This document shows positions 1 through 10,030 of a stretch of DNA of 30,875 nt, piece by piece. A program made the translations under genes and the position numbers. This DNA is from Octopus sinensis (lineage: Eukaryota): NCBI RefSeq assembly GCF_006345805.1, contig NW_021832470.1:1-30875 (forward strand). Reading direction: 5' to 3'. Below the pieces are notes generated by a model. The model saw only the letters and a program-made list of their open reading frames with translations. It was not told where the DNA came from and did no database searches. The first letter of the stretch is position 1. The number at the start of each line of letters is the position of its first letter.

Positions 1-76
1 GATGTCTTCGTCTAAAACCCTTCAAGGCGGTGCTCCAGCATGGCAGCAAACAAATGACTGAACAAGTAAAAGAATA
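1..76 (+). mobile_element. SINE family A, 3' tail fragment
   Basis: GGCGGTGCTCCAGCATGGC...TGACTGAACAAGTAAAAGA matches the tail of the family-A copies elsewhere in the window (e.g. 29351-29822); cut by the window edge. Confidence 0.85.
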
Positions 77-253
77 TACACACACACACAGACACCCACA
101 CACACACACACACATATATATATTGACAGATAGGGTAAATGTTTTTATTTTTCATTCTTTCAGAATTACAACTATTAGTGGTTTGTAGTTTAACTGCTCT
201 TTCTAGTAAGTCAGATGTCCTATTATGGTAATTCTTATGTGTTTAAATGTACA

Positions 254-256
<3 letters not shown>

Positions 257-290
<34 letters not shown>

Positions 291-620
291 TATATATATA
301 TATATATATATATCTATATATATGTATATATATTTTATATACATATACATACATACATACATACATACATACTTTCATACATACATACATACATACAGAC
401 ATACATGCATACATACATACATGCATGCATACATACATGCTACATACATACATACATACATACATACATGCATACATACATACATGCATACATACATACA
501 TACGTACATACATACATACATACATACATACATGCATACATACATACATACATGCATACATACATACATACATACATGCATACATACATGCATACATACT
601 TACATACAAACATACATACA
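257..620. repeat. Compound microsatellite (TA)n + (CATA)n
   Basis: Direct reading; accounts for the YI/HTYI ORFs. Confidence 0.97.
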
Positions 621-1207
621 CGCACACGCACGCGCACATTCTTCCATCCACCTACTAACGGCAAGGGGTTTTCCCTCCTGCGCCATTTCTGCGAATCGTT
701 TGAATAATGTAGTTTAATCATTAAAATCGCTTAACCGTACTTATCTCTGGCTGCTTTCAATAATGTGATGGAATTCCAGATTTCCGTTGACTATTTTTAA
801 ATCTTTACGTAAAACATCCCTCGTAGAATTATATGTACTTCGATTTTATTTATTTTCATTTTATACTCTTATATTATTATTTTATTATTATTATTATTAT
901 TATCATTTTTCTTTTTATTATCGTTTCTTATTTCCGTTCTCTCTCTTCAGGCGTTATTTTACGTTCAGACTTGACGGATAAACCATCTGATTGATGTTTA
1001 TAATGTAGCTAACAATATTTTATGAAAAGAATGAACAAGCACTATATATAAAAAAAAAAAAAAAGAGCAGCGTATGGCTACAGACACTAACACATACATA
1101 GGAGACATTCAAATATATACACACATACACACATATATACACGTGTGTATATACTCATTCATCTGTTGATGTACGTTCACATGCGCAAACCCCCACACAG
1201 ATAAATT

Positions 1208-1882
1208 TATGTATGTATGTATGTATGTATGTATGTATGTATGTATGTATGTATGTATGTATGCATGTATGTATGTCTGTATGTATGCATGTATGTATGC
1301 ATGCATGCATGTATGTATGTATGTATGTATGTATGTATGTATGTATGTATGTATGCATGTATGTATGTATGTATGTATGTATGCATGTATGTATGTATGT
1401 ATGCATGTATGTATGCATGTATGTATGTATGCATGTATGCATGTATGTATGCATCATGTATGTATGTATGTATGTATGTATGTATTTATTTATTCATGTA
1501 TGTATGTATGTATGTATGTATGCATGTATGTATGTATGTATGTATGTATGCATGTATGTATGCATGCATGTATGTATGTATGTATGTATGTATGTATGTA
1601 TGCATGTATGTATGCATTATTATGTATGTTGTATGTATGTATGTATGTATGTATGGTAATGTATGTATGCATGTATGTATGCATGTATGTATGTATGCAT
1701 GTATGCATGTATGTATGCATGTATGTATGTATGTATGTATGTATGTATGTATGTATGTATTTATTCATGTATGTATGTATGTATGTATGCATGCATGTAT
1801 GTATGTATGTATGTATGTATGTATGCATGTATGTATGCATGTATGTATGTATGTATGTATGTATGTATGTATGTATGTATGC
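1208..1882. repeat. ~670-bp (TATG)n tetranucleotide tract with CATG variants
   Basis: Direct reading; accounts for the MYVC ORFs. Confidence 0.97.
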
Positions 1883-2051
1883 TTAATATACATATGTGTG
1901 TGTCTATAGTCACAAATACATACACATGCATATACATACACACACACACGTATAGAGAGAAATAGATATAGATATACTTATATTTTATACACACATATAT
2001 TACACCATACACACACATATATATGTTTGTTTACGTTCATCGTAATTTGAA

Positions 2052-2054
<3 letters not shown>

Positions 2055-2096
<42 letters not shown>

Positions 2097-2270
2097 TTAT
2101 ATATGTATTGTTGTATATATATTATATATATACATATATACATACATATGGCATACATACATGCATACATACATACATACATACAATACATACATACATG
2201 CATGCATACATACATACATACATACATACATACATACATACATACATACATACATACATACATACATACA
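2055..2270. repeat. Compound microsatellite (TA)n + (CATA)n
   Basis: Direct reading. Confidence 0.95.
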
Positions 2271-2939
2271 CGCACACACATAAGTGCGTGTATGCGTTCG
2301 TGTATATGTATGTGTATGTATGCGCCTGAGCATATTTTTAGTAAATCGATACACAGATGAAATGTTTCAATATAATTTAGATATGGAATTACATCGCAGA
2401 TATGTAGGTTGGTAAGTTGGTAGTTAAGTGGTTAAGACTAGTAAGGAGTGGGGATAGCTTGTAAAGTGGTTAAGAGTGAAATGTCGGCAAAATCAATTTG
2501 GTAATAAATCAAGCATATAGCATAGATACAATAATTTAACACTCAAATAATGCTTAAGTGTAAGCTTAAATTATATGCCATTTAATTGTATGCCATCATA
2601 AGATTAAGTAACAATGTCTGTGTATAATGGATTGGAATAGCATTGTTTGTTTATATATATAATGTTCAATAACTGTTTTAGTGTTACTGTCTGCACAGTA
2701 CATCTTCTTAATACAATGAGGGTTCGATATACGGACAGAATAGTTCGTTGACCAAATTGTTCGTTACATGAGTAGTTGGAAAACAGAAATTAAAGTAATC
2801 CATTCCAAGCAACACCCAAACTCCAGATAAAGGTCTGAAGTGATGTTTGGCCATCTATCAATAGCAAAAACATATGTTTTTTTATAAAGGGTGCTCCGGT
2901 TAAATTTGACAGTTTGCATGAAACGAAGAAAACACATGT

Positions 2940-3140
2940 GGAGGCGCAATGGCCCAGTGGTTAGGGCAGCGGACTCGCGGTCGTAAGAACTTGGTTTCGA
3001 TTCCCAGATCGGGCATTGTGAGTGTTTATCGAGCAAAAAAACCTAAGCTCCACGAGGCTTCGGCGGGGTGAACCCCGTTGTACTTCGGTGGTGAACCCCG
3101 CTGTACTCTTTCACCACAACTTCCTCTCACTCTTTCTTCC
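2940..3140 (+). mobile_element. SINE family C, tRNA-derived head and central domain
   Basis: A box TGGCCCAGTGG and B box GGTTTCGATTCC, followed by ACCTAAGCTCCAC..GGCTTCGGC, which is shared with the minus-strand copy at 20120-20327. Confidence 0.75.
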
Positions 3141-3399
3141 TACTTCTGCCACAAAGCATAGGAACCAGGGTGTAACCCACTGTGGTGTGGTAAATTTCAG
3201 ATCCTAGTCTATATTGCGAAAACGAAGATAACACATGCAAAGGTAAAAATACTTTTAAAGAATCAGAACATCAGTTAGATTATGTCTGAGAGGTAAAAAA
3301 TTTATTCAAAGTAGTCGCTCCCAGCTTCCAACACTACTTCAAGAGGGCCCCGAAACCTGGCGCATGCGTTTCCTCACTGTGATCCTGGGAAGATCTTCG

Positions 3400-4021
3400 G
3401 GCAATCTTTCGTCTCTAGTAGACCTTTCCGTCGATTTCAGTAAAAAATTAATTTTTTTTTACATATGGGCTTCCTGATTCCCAAGATTGTAATCCCTTAG
3501 GTTACTATGGGGATGCAGTTGAGAACGTCACTAACAGTTCTGCCTGTCGAACTGGTGGCCAAGATCAAAGAGGTGTTCGAAGATCGGCGATCTTTCGTCT
3601 CTAGTAGACCTTTCCGTCGATTTCCGTAAAAAACTTCTTTTTTTTTTTTTACATATGGGCTTGCGGGAACTTTTGAAGTAATGAGAGCGAAAGAGACTAA
3701 GAGAAAGCGATTGTATGACGAGGGAAGTTCTTTTGAAGTTACCGTGCATGGGAGCATTGATGTACATGTGTGTGTGTGTGTGTGTTTGATGGGGTGTGGG
3801 AGACAGAAAGTATGTTGTGTAAGTGAAGTGCTTCTGTTAGTGTGTGTGAAGAGACAGAGAGAGATAACTGAAATTTGTTACTCTGTGTATGTCATACAAT
3901 CGCTTTCTCTTAGTCTCTTTCGCTCTCATTACTTCAAAAGTTCCCGCAAGCCCATATGTAAAAAAAAAAGAAGTTTTTTACGGAAATCGACGGAAAGGTC
4001 TACTAGAGACGAAAGATCGCC
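3400..4021. mobile_element. Non-autonomous DNA element (Merlin-like, MULE not excluded) with ~72-bp TIRs and 8-bp TSD
   Basis: TSD GATCTTCG at 3392-3399 and 4022-4029; removing the insert restores the mariner frame (VFEDLPR). The ends GGCAATCTTTCGTCTCTAGTAGACC... and ...GGTCTACTAGAGACGAAAGATCGCC are inverted repeats. GG termini with an 8-bp TSD fit Merlin. Confidence 0.75.
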
Positions 4022-4138
4022 GATCTTCGAACACCTCTTTGATCTTGGCCACCAGTTCGACAGGCAGAACTGTTAGTGACGTTCTCAACTGCATCCCCAT
4101 AGTAACCTATGGGATTACAATCTTGGGAATCAGGAAGC
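3469..4138. repeat. Near-perfect inverted repeat, arms 3469-3719 and 3891-4138, 171-bp spacer
   Basis: The arms differ only by one substitution (CCCTTAGG vs CCCATAGG) and poly-T length (13 vs 10). Confidence 0.95.
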
Positions 4139-4395
4139 AAGGAATTGGGACTGGTAAAATCGTAGAAATTCTCCAATAAATGCTTCTGACTCTTTCTGGA
4201 GATGTGGCAAGGAGCTAAATCCTGCTGCCACACTTATGGCCTTCCAACAGCAACCCTTTTCGACCAGAGTTTAACAACACAGTCTCCAGCAGTTTCACAG
4301 AGCCATCTGAATTGAGCCTAATGAACAATCAAACGTTGGCATTCATTACTCGAAATCATGTTGTAGCCGTCATATATGTAGATGTGTCATAGGAG

Positions 4396-4813
4396 GGCGG
4401 CGAGCTGGCAGAGTCGTTAGCACGCCGAGCGAAATGCTTAGCGGTGGTATTTCGTCTGTCGTTACGTTGTGAGTTCAAATTCCGCCGAGGTCGACTTTGC
4501 CTTTCATCCTTTCGCGGTCGATAAATTAAGTACCAGTTACGCACTGGGGTCGATGTAATCGACTTAATACCTATGTCTGTCCTTGTTTGTCCCCTCTGTG
4601 TTTAGCCCCTTGTGGGTAATAAAGAAATAGGTATTTCGTCTGTCGTTACGTTGTGAGTTCAAATTCCGCCGAGGTCGACTTTGCCTTTCATCCTTTCGGG
4701 GTCGATAAATTAAGTACCAGTTAGGAACTGGGGTCGATGTAATCGACTTAATACCTATGTCTGTCCTTGTTTGTCCCCTCTATGTTTAGCCCCTTGTGGG
4801 TAGTAAAGAAATA
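4396..4813 (+). mobile_element. SINE family B, one head + two tandem ~184-bp bodies
   Basis: Head GGCGGCGAGCTGGCAGAGTCG (A box), B box GAGTTCAAATTCC, core TTGCCTTTCATCCTTTCGGGGTCGATAAATTAAGTACCAG (resembles the Meta-SINE domain, from recall). Bodies start at 4446 and 4630. Confidence 0.9.
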
Positions 4814-5010
4814 TATATGTAGATGTGTGTGTGAGTGTGCGTGTGTGTGTGTGTGTGCTTGCTCTAGCTTGTGGGCTACACTTTTCGAGCTTGGCGGCAC
4901 ATTTTTTTTAAAGGAAATACCATAAGCGTGCTAATTTTTTAGTTCTATATTTGTTTATTTAACTTTTGTATATTTTTGTGATGATCATTGCGAACCATCT
5001 CAACTGTTAG

Positions 5011-5076
<66 letters not shown>

Positions 5077-5105
5077 CCTACCTACCTACCTACCTACCTA
5101 CCTAC

Positions 5106-5142
<37 letters not shown>

Positions 5143-5182
5143 AATCTGTCTGTCTGTCTTTCTGTCTGTCTGTCTGTCTGTA

Positions 5183-5239
<57 letters not shown>

Positions 5240-5240
5240 G
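5011..5240. repeat. Compound tetranucleotide tract (TATC)n(TACC)n(TATC)n(TGTC)n
   Basis: Direct reading. Confidence 0.95.
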
Positions 5241-5370
5241 CCTGGAAGTTAAAAGTAGAATGACCATTGCTTTCGCACCTAAGCGCTAAGCAGTATAGTT
5301 CACGCTATCATCGGCCATAACTTTTTAGAATGTGCTTTCTCTATCGGATATATGAACTACCAACGAATCG

Positions 5371-5407
<37 letters not shown>

Positions 5408-5409
<2 letters not shown>

Positions 5410-5606
5410 ACGGGAAGCTTTATGAAAATAGACAAAAGACGAAGGCAGGTTTACGGAAATAAACAAAAGACGAAGGCAGGTGGAATACAAACAAACAATT
5501 GTATTAGTATGGCGCTCAGGAAATATAAATAAAACAAGTCTTTAACGTTTCGAGCCTACGCTCTTCAACAGAAAGATACACAGAGAAAAAACACAGAAAG
5601 AAGGAG
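5408..5606 (-). mobile_element. Short Penelope-like terminal-repeat element between (TA)n tracts
   Basis: Inverted copy of 7451-7621; contains a hammerhead-like motif. The Penelope assignment is inferred from the motif type only. Confidence 0.6.
5539..5576 (-). ncRNA. Minimal type-I hammerhead-like motif, variant core CUGUUGA
   Basis: TCTTT-CTGTTGA-A-GAGC(GTAG)GCTC-GAAAC-GTT-AAAGA: 5-bp helix I, 4-bp helix II, palindromic AACGTT helix III; A6 is replaced by U. Confidence 0.55.
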
Positions 5607-5735
5607 AGAAAAAAATATATGCATATATATATATATATATATATACACAGACATGACACACATATATATATATATATATAAGACAAACACACACACACAC
5701 GCGCACACACACACACATACACACACACACACACA

Positions 5736-6997
5736 CAGGGGCATGACAGAAGTAAATACACACCCCGTAAAACATCGTTTTATGCTTATTGTAACTTGCA
5801 AAGGTTTATATCTTTTTATTTATTGACATTTTTATGTTTCATGTTCTATATGTGACCGTTTAATCATGCCATGTACAAAGGAAGCCTTAGAACTGTCCAA
5901 ATTTCAAAGAGGCCATATCGTGGGTCATTCTGAAGGTGAACATAGCGTAAAATCGCAGAAAACCTTGGGATCTCGTTTTCTACAGTTCACCTGCGAGGGA
6001 AAGGAGTCCACATCACCTCGCCCATATCAACCAGGTCCCTCTAATAGGGCCCTTCTCGTTGTTAAGAGAAGGGTGGAGGATAATCCTCATTGCAAGGCTT
6101 TTGATGTAGCAGAACAAGTTGGTGTCAGTCCCAGAACAGCTGTCAGGTATCTACACAATCTTGGTTATTGCGGCAAAGCAACAAAAAGGAAGCCACTTCT
6201 TCGACCACCCAACATCAAGCGGAGAAAAGATTGGGCCAGTGAAATGGTGGAGAGGCCACTAACATTTTGAGGCATTGTCATATTCTCTGGGGTGAGTTCA
6301 GATTTGCTGCATTTCCTGACAGTTGTCGAGCGTGGGTCTGGAGACTCTGTGATCAGGAATTCGATGTGAAAAAATTGCAACCAACAATGAAACATCACAG
6401 CTATTCTGTGATGGTCTAGGGGGCAATTTGGAACAGTGGTTGATGAGAGCTGGTGGAATATGATGAAACATAAACTCAGATAAATATGTGTCCATATTAC
6501 AGAAATGATTCCTTCCAATCTTCTATAGTGATGAAATGATTAAAGAAGACTCTTTATTTATGGAGGATGGGGTTCTTAGTCACACGGCTAAAATGACCCA
6601 AGATTTGTTGGAGGAGAATGGGGTTCTTAGTTACACGGCTAAAATGACCCAAGATTTGTTGGAGGAGAATGGCATTAAAAAGCTTCCGTAGCTAAGCCAG
6701 ACACCAGATATGAAACCTATTGAACACCTCTGGGACATAATGGACAGGACACTTCTTAAAAAGAACAAGAAAGTATCTTCAAAGCCAGCATGAACCTTGA
6801 CAAGAAATTCCCCAAGAGAATATTCGTCTTCTGATCAATAACATGCCTAATAGGGCCCTTGCATTGAAAATTGCGAAGGGAATGTCTACTAAATATTAGA
6901 TATTCAGATTATAACAATTAATAAATAATTTGAATGTATAATTTCAGATTTAAATAAGTTTTAATGATTATAAGGGCGTCTATTTACTTCTGTTATG
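5736..6997 (+). mobile_element. Degenerate Tc1-family (DD34E) transposon
   Basis: ORF 5866-6270 has the HTH region and KPLLRPPNIKRRKDWA. Downstream MEDG...PDMKPIEHLWD gives 34-residue D-E spacing once a 51-bp duplication is removed. Imperfect TIRs CATGACAGAAGTAAATACAC (5742) and the reverse complement ending at 6997. Several stops. Confidence 0.9.
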
Positions 6998-7145
6998 TGT
7001 GCGTGCACGCGTGCACAACCGTGCGTATAAATATTATTACAATACAATAATATTATTTTCCAGCGAAGTAAAGCACCGTAAAGGTAGAATTATAAATGCT
7101 ATTTCCAGCAAAAATTGGTACCTTGTTGTGCCGCTATTTCCGATA

Positions 7146-7177
<32 letters not shown>

Positions 7178-7179
<2 letters not shown>

Positions 7180-7320
7180 CTCTTTACTCTTTACTCTTTT
7201 ACTTGTTTCAGTCATTTGACTGCTGCCATGCTGGAGCACCGCCTTTAGTCGAGCAAATCGACCCCGGGACATATTCTTTGTAACCCAGTACTTATTCTAT
7301 CGGTCTCTTTTGCCGAACCG

Positions 7321-7322
<2 letters not shown>
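7178..7322 (-). mobile_element. SINE family A, 3' part
   Basis: Plus strand reads TACTCTTT repeats then TTACTTGTTTCAGTCATTTGACTG...GCCGAACCGCT; truncated at (TA)n. Confidence 0.9.
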
Positions 7323-7383
<61 letters not shown>

Positions 7384-7450
7384 ATATGTATGTATGTATG
7401 TATATGTTAGTATATATGTGTATATGTGTGTATATATATATGTATGTTTG

Positions 7451-7621
7451 TGTATCTTTCTGTGTTTTTTTTTCTCTCTGTGTATCTTTCTGTTGAAGAG
7501 CGTAGGCTCGAAACGTTAAAGACTGTTTTATTTATATTTCCTGAGCGCCATACTAATACAATTGTTCGTTTGTTTTCCACCTGCCTTCGTCTTTTGTCTA
7601 TTTTCATAAAGCTTCCCGTTA
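7451..7621 (+). mobile_element. Short Penelope-like terminal-repeat element, inverted partner of 5408-5606
   Basis: High identity to the reverse complement of 5408-5606; flanked by TA-rich tracts. Confidence 0.6.
7485..7522 (+). ncRNA. Minimal type-I hammerhead-like motif, variant core CUGUUGA
   Basis: Identical to the motif at 5539-5576 on the opposite strand. Confidence 0.55.
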
Positions 7622-7624
7622 TAT

Positions 7625-7669
<45 letters not shown>

Positions 7670-7873
7670 TATATATATTGTGAAATCCAATATGCATATA
7701 ACAGAGACTATTATTTTGTGGACCTAACCCAGCCTGGACATTATAATTCGGATTGAATGTTTTGGATACGTGGATGCGTTAAGTAATATTTAGATTATGT
7801 TGTATGATTAATATATTCATACGCAAATATTTTGTTTTGTGTATATGTATATATATAATATATATATATATCT

Positions 7874-7905
<32 letters not shown>

Positions 7906-8326
7906 GTGTGTATGTGAATATTTATACTTCGTACCTTGTTTCATGAATTTTTGTTAAGTTGTTTAGTATTATCATTAAAACAGCTTATAATACTGTTGGT
8001 ACTGTTAAAAGTGGTAGTATATATATACATTAGAATGCATTTACTTGACTATACAAAGCATGATATACCCAATGTAATGTAATATATTGTTCAATGTTGT
8101 TCTTTATGTATTTTGCGCATGTGAATAGTATGTACGCTTTGCCTATGTATGTATATGTATGTATATTTGCATATTTTTTATATGTATATATGTCTTTGTG
8201 TGTGTGTATATATATATATGTATTTTGGATATTTGTCTTATTATTTATTTATTTGTTTATATTGGATAATAAGTGAAGCATGTTTTGTATATCAATATTA
8301 TTATTATACTTTTCTAGTTAATTATA

Positions 8327-8458
8327 TCCTCTGACGAGGCCTTTGGTTATTTAAACATACAAGTATAATTTTTAATGACTAGAACCATAATACGCTGACA
8401 TCTATAGGCAATATAAGTTGAATTGACTCTTGACCATAGGCTGAAACAGCTGTAAGGA
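8327..8458 (+). ncRNA. Type-I hammerhead ribozyme motif with canonical core and long helix-II loop
   Basis: TCCT-CTGACGA-GGCCTTTGGTT...83 nt...GACCATAGGCT-GAAAC-AGCT-GTA-AGGA: helix I 4 bp, helix II 10 of 11 pairs, palindromic ACAGCTGT helix III, GUA cleavage triplet at 8452-8454. Confidence 0.7.
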
Positions 8459-8633
8459 GCAGTTTATTTGTATTATTTTTATTATTATATTACATATTGA
8501 TGTATATTGTTTTGTTCGATTTTGATGTTCCCATTTGTATAATTAATAAATAATGTGAAATTATAATATCCGTAAGTTGATGAACGAAATGAATTTGCTT
8601 CTTCATTTTCTTACTTGTATATAAATATATATG

Positions 8634-8664
<31 letters not shown>

Positions 8665-9404
8665 TATATGTGTGTTTGTGTGTGTGTGTGTGTGTGTACA
8701 ACGGGCTTCTTTCTGCTTTTGTCATCCAAATCCTCTCACAAGAGATGTATTTTAGCCAATTCGCTGCCACAAAATATTATTCGAGAAAAACATATTATTA
8801 ACACTCTTCTCAAACTATGATTTCAAACCAGTGATTTCAGGAAGACTTAGCTGTTGTTTATGATAGGCCGAACAACAGTCTTCTTAGATAGTTTTGTAAC
8901 AATGGAATTCCTTTGAGTAGTGACAGTGTTCGAGTAGGAAGTTTTTTTTTTTGAGTTTGTATGAATACAGAAAGTGATTGACAAGGTCGTAGCTATTTTT
9001 AGAATCTATTAAAAAAATTTTTTTGGGACGGGTAAACATGAAAAACACAATTGTTAAACTTCCAAAGCAAATATAATTATCAGTAGCATTTTTGGTTAAT
9101 CTTACGCATCAAAGTTCCTCTCCTTTATTTTTGAATACATTCCCATCCCAAATGCATTCATTTAAGTGCTATCGGCCCAGTTAGCCATATCAGTATATTC
9201 CAGTGATGTGTCTGGCAAGAAATCTAGAAAACTTCCTTTTTTATTTTTTTTTCACCTACAACTTTCTTTAATCACGAACTATTGTGGAGATCAGGTAACA
9301 AACAACAGTGTTTAATTATAGTAACAGGCAGTTACACATTACTCACCTTACAATTTCCATCTTGCGTCAGTAGCCATTCAGTTGAATGCAAAAATCCATT
9401 ACAC

Positions 9405-9451
<47 letters not shown>

Positions 9452-9539
9452 ATTATTATTACTATCATTATTATTATTATTATTATCATTATTATTATTA
9501 TTATTATTATCATCATCATCATCATCATTATTAGTATTA

Positions 9540-9575
<36 letters not shown>

Positions 9576-9605
9576 TTTATCATTATTATTATTATTATTA
9601 TTATT

Positions 9606-9640
<35 letters not shown>

Positions 9641-9671
9641 TATTATATTATTATTATTATTATTATTTTTA

Positions 9672-9706
<35 letters not shown>

Positions 9707-9762
9707 TATTATATCAATCATCATCCATCATCATCATCATATTATTATTATTATTATTATTA

Positions 9763-9811
<49 letters not shown>
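9405..9811. repeat. ~400-bp (ATT)n/(ATC)n trinucleotide tract
   Basis: Direct reading; source of the poly-I/Y/H/N ORFs. Confidence 0.97.
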
Positions 9812-9814
<3 letters not shown>

Positions 9815-9960
9815 TAGTTTTATTTTTATAGCGTGCTTTCACTTCACTACCGAGCGCAGCTCTGTGTGCCTTGGGTATGTGCTGTGATTTGTTGTGATGC
9901 TCTGATGGTTATTGTATGGAAAGTGTTCTGCGTAGGATGTGTGCAGTGCCTAGTAGTGCA

Positions 9961-9962
<2 letters not shown>
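9812..9962 (-). mobile_element. R4/Dong-like LINE, extreme 3' fragment
   Basis: Minus frame IALLGTAHILRRTLSIQ* (typical C-terminus of these elements) plus 3' UTR; (AAT)n on both sides. Confidence 0.7.
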
Positions 9963-10029
<67 letters not shown>

Positions 10030-10030
10030 C

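Larger units (their letters stand above)
3180..4345 (-). mobile_element. Degenerate maT-type (DD37D) mariner transposase, C-terminal half, interrupted by an insertion
   Basis: Minus-strand frames give RLNSDG.VKLLET, WQQDLAPCHISRKSQ...SQDCNPIGYY (37 residues from the QQD Asp to the third catalytic position, here mutated to Gly), LVAKIKEVFED and ACARFRGPLEVVLEAGSDYFE*. Multiple stops and frameshifts. Confidence 0.85.

Noticed and set aside
915-950. Minus-strand CTGAAGA...GAAAC (similar isolated cores at 11142, 14285 and 17776)
   Set aside because: No helix II complementarity or no downstream GAAA; the 11142 site is LINE coding sequence.
225-2360. Long ORFs of 60-230 aa rich in YI, HTYI and MYVC
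   Set aside because: They are translations of (TA)n, (CATA)n and (TATG)n, which lack stop codons in most frames. The same applies to similar ORFs at 5.0, 7.3, 17.0-17.7, 18.4, 24.5-25.8 and 29.0-30.0 kb.
2886-2915. Mariner-TIR-like fragment (similar one near 14405)
   Set aside because: Too short, with no partner end or transposase remnant attached.
2940-3012. tRNA-like sequence with A and B boxes
   Set aside because: No complete cloverleaf or acceptor stem, and it runs straight into SINE body sequence; treated as a SINE head. The same applies to the A and B family heads.
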